Source of the DNA: an uncultured Opitutaceae bacterium
GTDB taxonomy: Bacteria; Verrucomicrobiota; Verrucomicrobiia; Opitutales; Opitutaceae
Reading direction: 5' to 3'
Length of the DNA: 39,272 nucleotides
NCBI GenBank assembly: GCA_964527955.1
Contig: CAZGOX010000002.1
Coordinates: 1 to 39,272, forward strand
Shown here piece after piece: positions 20,175 through 27,465 of this stretch. The position numbers and the translations under genes were made by a program. Every line of letters begins with the position of its first letter. Position 1 is the stretch's first letter. The notes beneath the pieces are model-generated. The model was not told the origin of the DNA and did no database searches. It saw only the letters and a list, made by a program, of their open reading frames with translations.

Positions 20175-20911
20175 GGGCTTCGCCGGGCGGCCCGGGAGTC
20201 GATCCGCCACCCGGCCTTCGGCTCGCTCACGACCCAGCGGTTCAGGTCGAGTCCGTGGCGGGAATACAGGCCGCGCAGTTTTGAGACGTATTCGTTCACC
20301 GAATGTCCGGCATCGTTGGCGTCCGAGCCCCAGACGGCCTTGACCAGCTCGTCCTTGAGCACCAGGCCGCCGGCCTTTTCCGCGAAGACCCGCAGGATCC
20401 CGAGGTGCTTCGGGCCGATCCGCTCCTCCGTGCCGTCGGGAAACCGGAGCATCAGGTCGGGCGTGACGGTGGCCTCGCCAAAGTTGAATTCCTTCTGGCC
20501 CAGGATCACCCCGCCGGCCCGGCGCATCGTCGTCTTTACGTCGCCCCGCGCCAGCAGCTTGCGGATGCGCACCAGCAATTCCTCGTAGTGAAAGGGCTTC
20601 CGCAGAAAATCGTCGGCCCCGGCATCCAGCGCCTCCACCGCGAGCGACGGCTGGGGGAGGTCCGACAGGGCGATGATCGGAAAACCGGCTCCGGCCTCCC
20701 GCCAATCCCGGATGGCATCCAGGCCGGCGGGCCGGCCGCCCAGGGCAAGGTCGACGAGGGCCAGGTCGAAGGAACGGCGGAGGACGGCATCCCGCGCCGG
20801 GCCGGCCTTGGTATGCCACTCCAGCTCGTGGGGCTGGAGCGCCAGCTGGAGAATGCCGCCAAGTTCTGGACTTTCGATGAGGAGCAGCAGGCAGCTCCGG
20901 CGGGGCACCAT
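20171..20911 (-). CDS. OmpR/PhoB-type response regulator (receiver + winged-helix)
   Basis: Receiver LLLLIESPE..., FDLALVDLAL, IIALSD and GADDFLRKPF. Winged helix FNFGEATV...IGPKHLGILRVFAEKAGGLVLKDELVKAVWG...SVNEYVSKLRGL...GWRI. Start set at M43 (20911); ATG 21037 is the alternative. Confidence 0.85.
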   Translation of the reverse strand: MVPRRSCLLLLIESPELGGILQLALQPHELEWHTKAGPARDAVLRRSFDLALVDLALGGRPAGLDAIRDWREAGAGFPIIALSDLPQPSLAVEALDAGADDFLRKPFHYEELLVRIRKLLARGDVKTTMRRAGGVILGQKEFNFGEATVTPDLMLRFPDGTEERIGPKHLGILRVFAEKAGGLVLKDELVKAVWGSDANDAGHSVNEYVSKLRGLYSRHGLDLNRWVVSEPKAGWRIDSRAARRSP

Positions 20912-21051
20912 GGTAGCGAGGGTTTTGCGCGACGCGGGCGGCGGAGACAAGACATCAATTGGCGGTGCGCCGCCCGGCGCCGGGGACCGGCCGCCGACGG
21001 CCTTGCCGCCGGCCCGGTGTACAGTCGCCTCGGCCATCGCGCCCGGACGCC

Positions 21052-23013
21052 TCAGGACTCGACCTTGTCGGCGATCGGGAGGCGCTCGACACCCTCCCGG
21101 GCCGCATCGAGCTGCCGGCGCACCCGCTCGGCGCGGAGGGAGGTGGGCGCGGTCAGCTCGTCCTTGGCCATTCTCAGTTCACCCAGCCGCACGTCGATCA
21201 GGGAGAGCTCTATGGCCATTTGCCCGAAGCGATTGAGCACCGAATCCTTGTTCAGGCGGTTGGCGCTGGCCTGCAGGGCGGTGATGTCGGCGGGCATGCC
21301 CTCCAGGCTTTGCACGACCTGGGAGAGCGATTCGTCTTTCGCCCCCTGGAACAGCCGATGCCGGAAGGGCGGGACAACCGCCGCCTCGCCGGGCGGGGCC
21401 GTCGACTCGGTCTGGATGAGCTCCGGGGTGATGAAGGCGAGCAGGGTCGTGTGAATGACGCTGTCGCTCTTGTTCTTGAAGGCGTAGCCGATCAACGGGA
21501 GGTCCCCGAAGATAGGAATCTTGTTGTCGGTGGTCTGCCGGCTGCGCTCCTCCAGGCCGGCGATCGCGAGGGTCTCTCCATTGGGAATCGCCACCGAATA
21601 GGCATACGTCCGTGAACTCGTTATGGGGTATTGATTGCCGTTGATCGTCTGCTGCCCGATGATCGAGGATACGTTGATCGACAGGTTAAGCTGGACCAAC
21701 TCCTTGGCTGGGCCTGATCCGGGCAAAATGCAGGGCAGGATGGTCACTTCGGTGCCGACGTCGATGTAGGCGATCTGCGAAGTGGTTGCCGCTGTCGCCG
21801 AGCCGATCGTCGTCGTCCCCTCCTGGATCGGCTGCTGGCTCGTGGCCTTGAAGGATACCTCCCGGTTGTTCGAGGTATAGATTACCGGATCCTGCACGAT
21901 GGAGCTCATGTGATCCGAGGCGATGGCTTGGACGGTCCATTGGAAGGCGGGGGCCGACAGCAGCGCGATCGGGGGGAGCTTGGTGTTGCCCGGATGGTTT
22001 AGATCGACTCCCGTGACCAGGCGCGCGTCAGGAGGACCTTGGAAGATAGCGCCGCCGGTGATGGGATCCTTGGTCTCCGTCGCCCAGCCGCCTAAACTGA
22101 TCGGTCCCCCGGAGCCCAGCGGAGTGTTGGACCAATCCACGCCGAGCGCCTGCGTCGGATTGCGCGCCGTTTCGATGAACTTGACCGAAATGCGGATGAG
22201 TTTCTGCGGCCGGTCCACGGTCTTGAGATAGGACGCGATCAGGGAGTGCTGCTGGCGGGTGGCCACGACGAACAGCTGGCTCGTGTCGGGATTCCAGATC
22301 GGCTCGATCTTGGGCGAATCGACCGACTTGCGCGCAGCCCCGATCCCGGGAACTGCGCTGCTGCCTTCCAGCGACAGCGTCTCCAGGCCGGCGGTGGGAA
22401 CCCCGAGGATTTTCTTGATGTCATCGATGATCTTGTCGGTCTTCACCGTGAAGGCCGACGACTTTCCCGACCCGGCCGACGAGGCGTAGGACGAACCGGA
22501 ACCGCCGGCGCCGGCGCCGCCACCGTTCGTCATGCTGCCCATGGCCGCGAGCTGGCTGTTGATGCCCGAGGAAGTGATGGAGACCTGCTGCATATTGTTG
22601 AAACGCAGGGTGTAGGACTTGCTGACTAGCTCGTTTAAATTGATGCGGTAGAACTGCCAGACGCCGCCGCGGTAGTCGGCTGCGAAGTTGTAGTTCTCGG
22701 CCAGGATCTGGATGAGGGCGTAGGGATTCATCCGCACGTCGCTCGTCACCCGCTCGCTGAAATCGGCCTCCGCCGGAGAAAGATAGGACATGTGGGCGGC
22801 CTGGGCCAGGAGACGGATGGCGCTGGCCAGCGTCGCCCCCTTGAGCGGGATGTGGCTGGGCGGCAGCGCTTCAAGGCGGGCCATTTCCGCCTCTTGGGCG
22901 AGCGGCGCGGCCACGACCTCCGCAGGCGCGGCCGGCGCGGGCGCGTCGGCAGCATGGAGCCGGGAAATCGAGAGCAACAGCACGGCGGCAGCGGAGAGCC
23001 TCAGCTTGGGCAT
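21052..23013 (-). CDS. Secretin (GspD/PilQ family) with signal peptide and ~119-aa helical C-terminal extension
   Basis: The internal ATG at 23013 gives MPKLRLSAAAVLLLSISRLHA|AD. N0-like IPLKGATLASAIRLLAQAAHMSYL, N-domain KLIRISVKFIETARN, and secretin core ...GETLAIAGLEERSRQTTDNKIPIFGDLPLIGYAFKNKSDSVIHTTLLAFITPELI. The 5' 423 codons of track ORF 21052..24282 are antisense to the peptidase gene. Confidence 0.9.
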   Translation of the reverse strand: MPKLRLSAAAVLLLSISRLHAADAPAPAAPAEVVAAPLAQEAEMARLEALPPSHIPLKGATLASAIRLLAQAAHMSYLSPAEADFSERVTSDVRMNPYALIQILAENYNFAADYRGGVWQFYRINLNELVSKSYTLRFNNMQQVSITSSGINSQLAAMGSMTNGGGAGAGGSGSSYASSAGSGKSSAFTVKTDKIIDDIKKILGVPTAGLETLSLEGSSAVPGIGAARKSVDSPKIEPIWNPDTSQLFVVATRQQHSLIASYLKTVDRPQKLIRISVKFIETARNPTQALGVDWSNTPLGSGGPISLGGWATETKDPITGGAIFQGPPDARLVTGVDLNHPGNTKLPPIALLSAPAFQWTVQAIASDHMSSIVQDPVIYTSNNREVSFKATSQQPIQEGTTTIGSATAATTSQIAYIDVGTEVTILPCILPGSGPAKELVQLNLSINVSSIIGQQTINGNQYPITSSRTYAYSVAIPNGETLAIAGLEERSRQTTDNKIPIFGDLPLIGYAFKNKSDSVIHTTLLAFITPELIQTESTAPPGEAAVVPPFRHRLFQGAKDESLSQVVQSLEGMPADITALQASANRLNKDSVLNRFGQMAIELSLIDVRLGELRMAKDELTAPTSLRAERVRRQLDAAREGVERLPIADKVES

Positions 23014-23019
23014 GGTGGC

Positions 23020-23028
23020 AGTATAACA
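23020..23028 (-). promoter_or_regulatory. Candidate extended -10 (TGTTATACT on minus strand) only 6 nt upstream of the secretin ATG
   Basis: Plus strand AGTATAACA is TGT-TATACT on the minus strand. This spacing would imply a leaderless or near-leaderless secretin mRNA. No good -35. Confidence 0.25.
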
Positions 23029-23029
23029 G

Positions 23030-23096
23030 CGAATTTGGCGCGGATCATTTTCCCGACGCGGCAACATTGACAGGCCGCCGAATTTGCCCCGAATTT
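23030..23096. promoter_or_regulatory. Three CGAATTT boxes in the divergent secretin / pilus-operon control region (23030, 23079, 23090)
   Basis: GCGAATTTGGC, GCCGAATTTGCC and CCCGAATTTCCC, read directly. The last two are direct repeats exactly 11 bp apart (one helical turn), as expected for winged-helix OmpR/PhoB-type binding. Confidence 0.3.
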
Positions 23097-23109
23097 CCCT
23101 CCTTCGGCC

Positions 23110-23307
23110 ATGCATTGGTTCACCGCGAGCGATGGAAGCCGCTTCCTCGTCCAGACCCCCTCCGAGTGCGCGAAAACGCTGGCGCGGGCCTTCCCCTCCC
23201 CCCTCGTGCCGGTGACTTCGCGGCGGTTTCTGGCCCAGGCCAGGGCCGAGTGTCCGCTGCCCGCGCGCCGCGGAAAGCGGCTTTCGATCAAGGGGACCGC
23301 CGGGTAG
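23110..23307 (+). CDS. Candidate small ORF (65 aa) at the head of the pilus operon
   Basis: Track ORF MHWFTASDGSRFLVQTPSECAKTLARAFPSPLV.... I count about 56 of 65 codons ending in G/C, matching the genes of this window. Ends 33 nt before the peptidase ATG. Caveat: antisense ORF 23001..23291 shares the same third positions. Confidence 0.3.
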   Translation: MHWFTASDGSRFLVQTPSECAKTLARAFPSPLVPVTSRRFLAQARAECPLPARRGKRLSIKGTAG

Positions 23308-23340
23308 CCCGCATTTCCCTGCTAGACTAGGCGGAGACCC

Positions 23341-24216
23341 ATGAGCGGTTCCGCCCTCCTTTCCGCCTTCCCGTCCCACTGGCTCTGGGGCGCGCTGATC
23401 TTCCTGCTCGGCACGCTCGCCGGCCGGGGACTGGGCATGGTGGTCCAGGCGTTTGCGGAAGCGGAGTGCCCCCCGGGGGCGGCGCCCCCCGCCCGGGGAC
23501 GCCGGGAGCTCATCCCCGTCCTCGGCCCGATGCTGGCGCCGCGCCGGCCCGGCTTCCGGCGGGCGGCGTTGCTCGAACTGCTCGGCGGGGGCGTGGTCCT
23601 CGCCTGCTGGCTGCTCTTCCCGCCGGCCAAGGCGGCCTGCGGCTGCATCTTCGTCCTCGGGCTGATTGGAGCGTCGGTCATCGACCTCGACCACATGATC
23701 ATTCCCGACTTCTTTACCATGGGCCTCGCCCTCGCGGGTGTGCTGCTGTCGATCGCCGTCCCCGCGCTCCACCGGATGGGCCCCTTCGGCCCGGAGGCCT
23801 GCGTCCGCTCGGGCGCCGCCGCCCTGCTGGGGATCGGGCTCGGTTCCGCGCTTCCCCTTTGGTTCGGGCTCGTCGGCGAGCGCGTCCTGCAGAAGGAGGT
23901 CCTCGGTTTCGGCGACGTGAAATTCCTGGGTGCGATCGGCGCTTTCTGCGGCTGGCAAGGCGCCGTCTTCTCTCTCTTCGGCGGGGCGGTCGTCGGCGCC
24001 GTCGCGCTCGTCCTGGCCGCCCTCCACGAACGGCTCGCGCCCGGCCGCCCAGCCCGCCTGCTCCACCTGGAGTCCGCCGACGGCCAGTCGGCCCGGCTCG
24101 GCTGGGGCGTGCATTTCCCCTTCGGACCCATGCTGGCGATCGCCGCCGGCCTTTACTTCCTGGCGCTGCATCCCTGGGTCGATGGCTATCTTGCCCGCTA
24201 TCAGGCGCTTTTCTGA
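23341..24216 (+). CDS. Prepilin peptidase (A24 aspartic protease, PilD/GspO family)
   Basis: Catalytic Asp motifs IDLDHMIIPD and GFGDVKFLGAIGAF, polytopic hydrophobic profile, 291 aa. The N-terminal region lacks the paired CxxC motifs. Confidence 0.9.
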   Translation: MSGSALLSAFPSHWLWGALIFLLGTLAGRGLGMVVQAFAEAECPPGAAPPARGRRELIPVLGPMLAPRRPGFRRAALLELLGGGVVLACWLLFPPAKAACGCIFVLGLIGASVIDLDHMIIPDFFTMGLALAGVLLSIAVPALHRMGPFGPEACVRSGAAALLGIGLGSALPLWFGLVGERVLQKEVLGFGDVKFLGAIGAFCGWQGAVFSLFGGAVVGAVALVLAALHERLAPGRPARLLHLESADGQSARLGWGVHFPFGPMLAIAAGLYFLALHPWVDGYLARYQALF

Positions 24217-24313
24217 GCCACCGCCAAAAAACGCTCCCCGGGGGCCGGTTCGGCCCAACCGCGTGCTACACTTGGATCGCACTCAAGTACCAAACCAAAA
24301 CAAAAAAGGTCAT

Positions 24314-24745
24314 ATGCAACTCATCCAGAAGCTTCTGAAGCGGACCCGTCCGCACTCCGCCCGGAATCGTCTTTTGCGCGGGCTCAGCACGGCGGAACTC
24401 GTCGGCATCATCGTCATCGTCGGCATCCTGGGCGCCCTCGGCGGCACCTACGTCAACGGTCTGGTCAACCAGGCCAACACCAACGGCGGTAACCAGAACG
24501 CCAACACGCTCAACACGGTCGCCGCCTCCATCTTCGCGGCCGGCGCCACGGTCGGCTCGGGCGCGGGCCAGCTGGACACGACCTCTGCGGCGACGGCCAT
24601 CGCCGCGGTCAACACCGGGGTCACGGTCGGCGGCGTCCTCTACAAGATGACCCCGCAGATCGCCGCCGGCAGCATCGCGTCCTACACCATGACCGGGGCC
24701 GGCACGACCAACGTGGTCTTCAGCTACGCCGGGCCGACGCCGTAA
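24314..24745 (+). CDS. Prepilin-like protein A (major-pilin candidate), 23-aa basic leader, cleavage G|LSTAE
   Basis: The internal ATG at 24314 gives MQLIQKLLKRTRPHSARNRLLRG|LSTAELVGIIVIVGILGALGG, with Gly-1, Glu+5 and a hydrophobic helix. Mature ~120 aa, Thr/Ala/Gly-rich, no Cys. First pilin gene, preceded by an A-rich leader. Confidence 0.8.
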   Translation: MQLIQKLLKRTRPHSARNRLLRGLSTAELVGIIVIVGILGALGGTYVNGLVNQANTNGGNQNANTLNTVAASIFAAGATVGSGAGQLDTTSAATAIAAVNTGVTVGGVLYKMTPQIAAGSIASYTMTGAGTTNVVFSYAGPTP

Positions 24746-24805
24746 CGGCGGCCCTTGCCGCCCTCCCCGGGGCAGCTCCCCGGCGGACGGCGACCCTTTG
24801 GACCT

Positions 24806-25228
24806 ATGTTTGGTAACGTCCGAGCACTTCTCCGATCCCGCCGCAACCGGGCCCTACCCAGGGCCCGGTTGTCCGGCATGACGCTGGTCGAGGGGATCGG
24901 GATGGTCGTGCTGGTCGGCTTGATGGCGAGCCTGGCCTTTCCCGCGATCACCGGATTGCGGCAGGCCGGGCTGGACCAGCAGGCGATCAGCGTGGCCCAG
25001 GCCTTGAACCAGGCGCAGCAGACCTACCAGCTGCGGGTGGCCAACGCCGCCACCAATTGGAGCGGCGCCACCGATTCGGCCTCGAAGTACCTGCTGATTT
25101 CGGGGTACGTGCCGTATGCGACCGCCACAATCACCGATTACACGCCGTCCGGCTACACGCTGACGCTGGGGTCGACGCTCAACACCAAGGTCGTCATCGC
25201 GGGACCCAGCGGCACGGTGTCATATTGA
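24806..25228 (+). CDS. Prepilin-like protein B, 24-aa basic leader, cleavage G|MTLVE
   Basis: MFGNVRALLRSRRNRALPRARLSG|MTLVEGIGMVVLVGLMASLAFP. The alternative upstream ATG at 24755 would lengthen the leader further. Confidence 0.75.
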   Translation: MFGNVRALLRSRRNRALPRARLSGMTLVEGIGMVVLVGLMASLAFPAITGLRQAGLDQQAISVAQALNQAQQTYQLRVANAATNWSGATDSASKYLLISGYVPYATATITDYTPSGYTLTLGSTLNTKVVIAGPSGTVSY

Positions 25229-25246
25229 TATCCAAGCCCTGCCGCC

Positions 25247-26095
25247 ATGAAACCGGTTTCGTCATCCGGGCGCGGGGGGTTCTCGATCGTCGAGGCCATC
25301 GGCTACCTGATCATCTTCGCGATCATGATGGCCGCCCTGACCTTCGGCATGAGCAGCCTGTTCACGCAGCAGGCCCGCGGCCAGGTCACCTACAACCAGG
25401 AGCCATACTCCCAGGCTCCCAGCTTCGACGACTTCCGGCAGGCCATCGACCTGCATGCAGCCTTCTCGACCGCGACGGACCAGGCCGACTCGATCGTCGT
25501 CCTCGGCGGCACACGCAGCCACCCGGCCTTCGATCCGACCGGCCCCTCCAGCGCCCTGAAGGCGACCTTTGCCGATTCCACCCTCGCTGCCGCGGCCAAT
25601 GGCGACGGCTCCAAGGCCTTTTCCTCCTGGGACCAGCGGCAGGTCAATTCGAGCCAGTTCAGCATCTACCTGACGTCGAATCCGGACCCCGCGGACTTCA
25701 CCGTCCTCACCGTCCAGGGCCTTTCGCGGATCACCTCGGTCACCCAGCAGCGGCGCTACCAGGCCACGATCAACGGGCAGGCTCTTTCGCTTTACGAGGT
25801 CACGCACCAGTCGATCGACTGGTCCTCGGGCTCCCCGGTCCCGATCCCGAACGCGGCGACCGGCACCGGCCCGACCTACGCCTACCGCTTTTTCTACGCC
25901 GCGGGCGAGGACGTCTGGTCGATGGCCCCGGGGGCCACGCACTACTGGTACCGGACCGATGCCACCTGGAACCGCGACCAGGAGGGACCCGCGCGGGTCA
26001 TCTTCGCCGACCCGTACGCCATGGCGGGCCAGGATCCGAACTCCCAGCTGAGCCCGGTCTCGCGCTTCATCTATTTCCTCCCCCAGCTCCGATGA
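25247..26095 (+). CDS. Minor pilin / pseudopilin-like protein (282 aa), cleavage G|FSIVE
   Basis: MKPVSSSGRGG|FSIVEAIGYLIIFAIMMAAL. Short leader, Phe+1, Glu+5. The globular part has no recognisable family. Confidence 0.7.
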   Translation: MKPVSSSGRGGFSIVEAIGYLIIFAIMMAALTFGMSSLFTQQARGQVTYNQEPYSQAPSFDDFRQAIDLHAAFSTATDQADSIVVLGGTRSHPAFDPTGPSSALKATFADSTLAAAANGDGSKAFSSWDQRQVNSSQFSIYLTSNPDPADFTVLTVQGLSRITSVTQQRRYQATINGQALSLYEVTHQSIDWSSGSPVPIPNAATGTGPTYAYRFFYAAGEDVWSMAPGATHYWYRTDATWNRDQEGPARVIFADPYAMAGQDPNSQLSPVSRFIYFLPQLR

Positions 26096-27450
26096 AACGG
26101 CCCCCTTCACCCTGGCAAAACGAGCGCGGGATGGCGAGCGTCGCCGTCTTCGTCTTCGCCGTCGTCTCGGTGCTTATCCTCGTCGCCAATTTCAAGCTCA
26201 ACTATGCGGTGAACGCCACGAGCGACGGCTACGACACCTTCGCATCGCAGCTGGTCGAGAAGAACGGGATCGCGCAGATCGTGAAGGAAAGCATCCTCGC
26301 CGTCGGCGAGACCGCGAACACCACCAGCGCGAATTCCCTGCAGACCGAGATCCAGAACCGGCTCTCGAGCATGTCGTTTCCGACGGGGATCGCAGTCGCG
26401 CTGGATCCCTCCACCCCGGTGCCCGGCGTGCCGGCCAACTCCTTTTTTCCCCTGGGCGCGCCGGCCAGCGGCTCCTGGCCCGCCTATTTCACGCCTTCCG
26501 GGACCACGCGTCCGCTGGCGGGAATGGGAAACCTCCTTTCGTCCTTTTGCATGCTCGGGCCGGCCGCCGACCTGGGCCGGCTGACGCTCGCCTTCAATCG
26601 CACGAGCACCGCCTCCGCGGATGACAACCGGAAGTACACGGTGAACGCCGACCTGTTTTCCGTGCCGCTCACGAACGTCGATGTGGTCGCCTACGGGCTG
26701 CCCGCGAGCGGCATCATCCCGCAGTCCGCCCCGGCGGTGCCGGCGGGCTTTTTCGGGTCCGGCGTCTCCTCGCTCGTCGTCACCTCCAACAATCCCGCCA
26801 ACGATGCCACGGCCTACCCCGATCTCTTCGCCTCCTCCGGCACCGAGCACCTCCCCTACCAGTACCGCAACGCCGTCAGCTTCGCCTGGAACGCGTACGA
26901 ATACCTCTGGTCCGCGACCTACCAGAGCGCCCTGCTCGCCACCGCCTCGGCCAACAGCGCCATCTACAATTTCCAGTTTCCCCCCAGCCAGTCAATCCCC
27001 GGGGTGACCGCCGCCGGCAGCGCGGTGACGATAGACTGCAGTGCCGTCGTAGGCCCGATTCTCGCCATCGTGGATCCCGATGGCAGCGGCACCGTCACCG
27101 TGACCGGCAGCCCGGCCAACGGCGCCCCGTTCATCCTGTTGGTGCGCAATACCGCCGGCCCGGCGACCCCGGTGACCTTCTCCGGGGACAACCACCGCCC
27201 GGCCATCTACTATCTCGAGAACGCCAACGCCGGCTTCTCCGGCAGCCCGCAGATCCAGGGTGCCCTTTTTCTCGATCCGCGCGCGGTGGCCCATGGCAGC
27301 GTGACCTGGTTCGGCCATTTTTCGTTCTATGGCCCCGCGAGCCCCCTCGGCGCGCTCAACCTCACGATGGCCGACAGTCCCCCGGTCAAGGACGCCCTCG
27401 CGGCGCTCGCCCCGCGGGTTCTGCTCGTGTCGACCAGCTCCACCCGCTAG
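26092..27450 (+). CDS. Large minor-pilin-like protein lacking Glu+5 (GspK/PilX-like position), 452 aa
   Basis: The internal ATG at 26092 (ATGA overlap with the previous stop) gives MKRPPSPWQNERG|MASVAVFVFAVVSVLILV. Hydrophobic helix present, but residue +5 is Ala. The first 345 codons of track ORF 25057..27450 overlap the two upstream pilin genes (24806..25228, 25247..26095) on the same strand in other frames and are rejected. Confidence 0.55.
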   Translation: MKRPPSPWQNERGMASVAVFVFAVVSVLILVANFKLNYAVNATSDGYDTFASQLVEKNGIAQIVKESILAVGETANTTSANSLQTEIQNRLSSMSFPTGIAVALDPSTPVPGVPANSFFPLGAPASGSWPAYFTPSGTTRPLAGMGNLLSSFCMLGPAADLGRLTLAFNRTSTASADDNRKYTVNADLFSVPLTNVDVVAYGLPASGIIPQSAPAVPAGFFGSGVSSLVVTSNNPANDATAYPDLFASSGTEHLPYQYRNAVSFAWNAYEYLWSATYQSALLATASANSAIYNFQFPPSQSIPGVTAAGSAVTIDCSAVVGPILAIVDPDGSGTVTVTGSPANGAPFILLVRNTAGPATPVTFSGDNHRPAIYYLENANAGFSGSPQIQGALFLDPRAVAHGSVTWFGHFSFYGPASPLGALNLTMADSPPVKDALAALAPRVLLVSTSSTR

Positions 27451-27465
27451 CCAATTCCTTACCCC

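Noticed and set aside
23014-24282. 5' 423 codons of the 1076-aa ORF 21052..24282
   Set aside because: This part is antisense to the prepilin peptidase gene. An internal ATG at 23013 gives a classical signal peptide immediately followed by secretin domains.
24217-24313. Looked for a sigma-54 (TGGCAC-N5-TTGC) promoter upstream of the first pilin, and for a terminator after the peptidase gene
   Set aside because: The only GG...GC candidate (TTGGATCGCACTCAAG) has the wrong spacing and bases at -12. The GGGCCG-gtt-CGGCCC hairpin has no following U-tract on the plus strand, so neither is reported.
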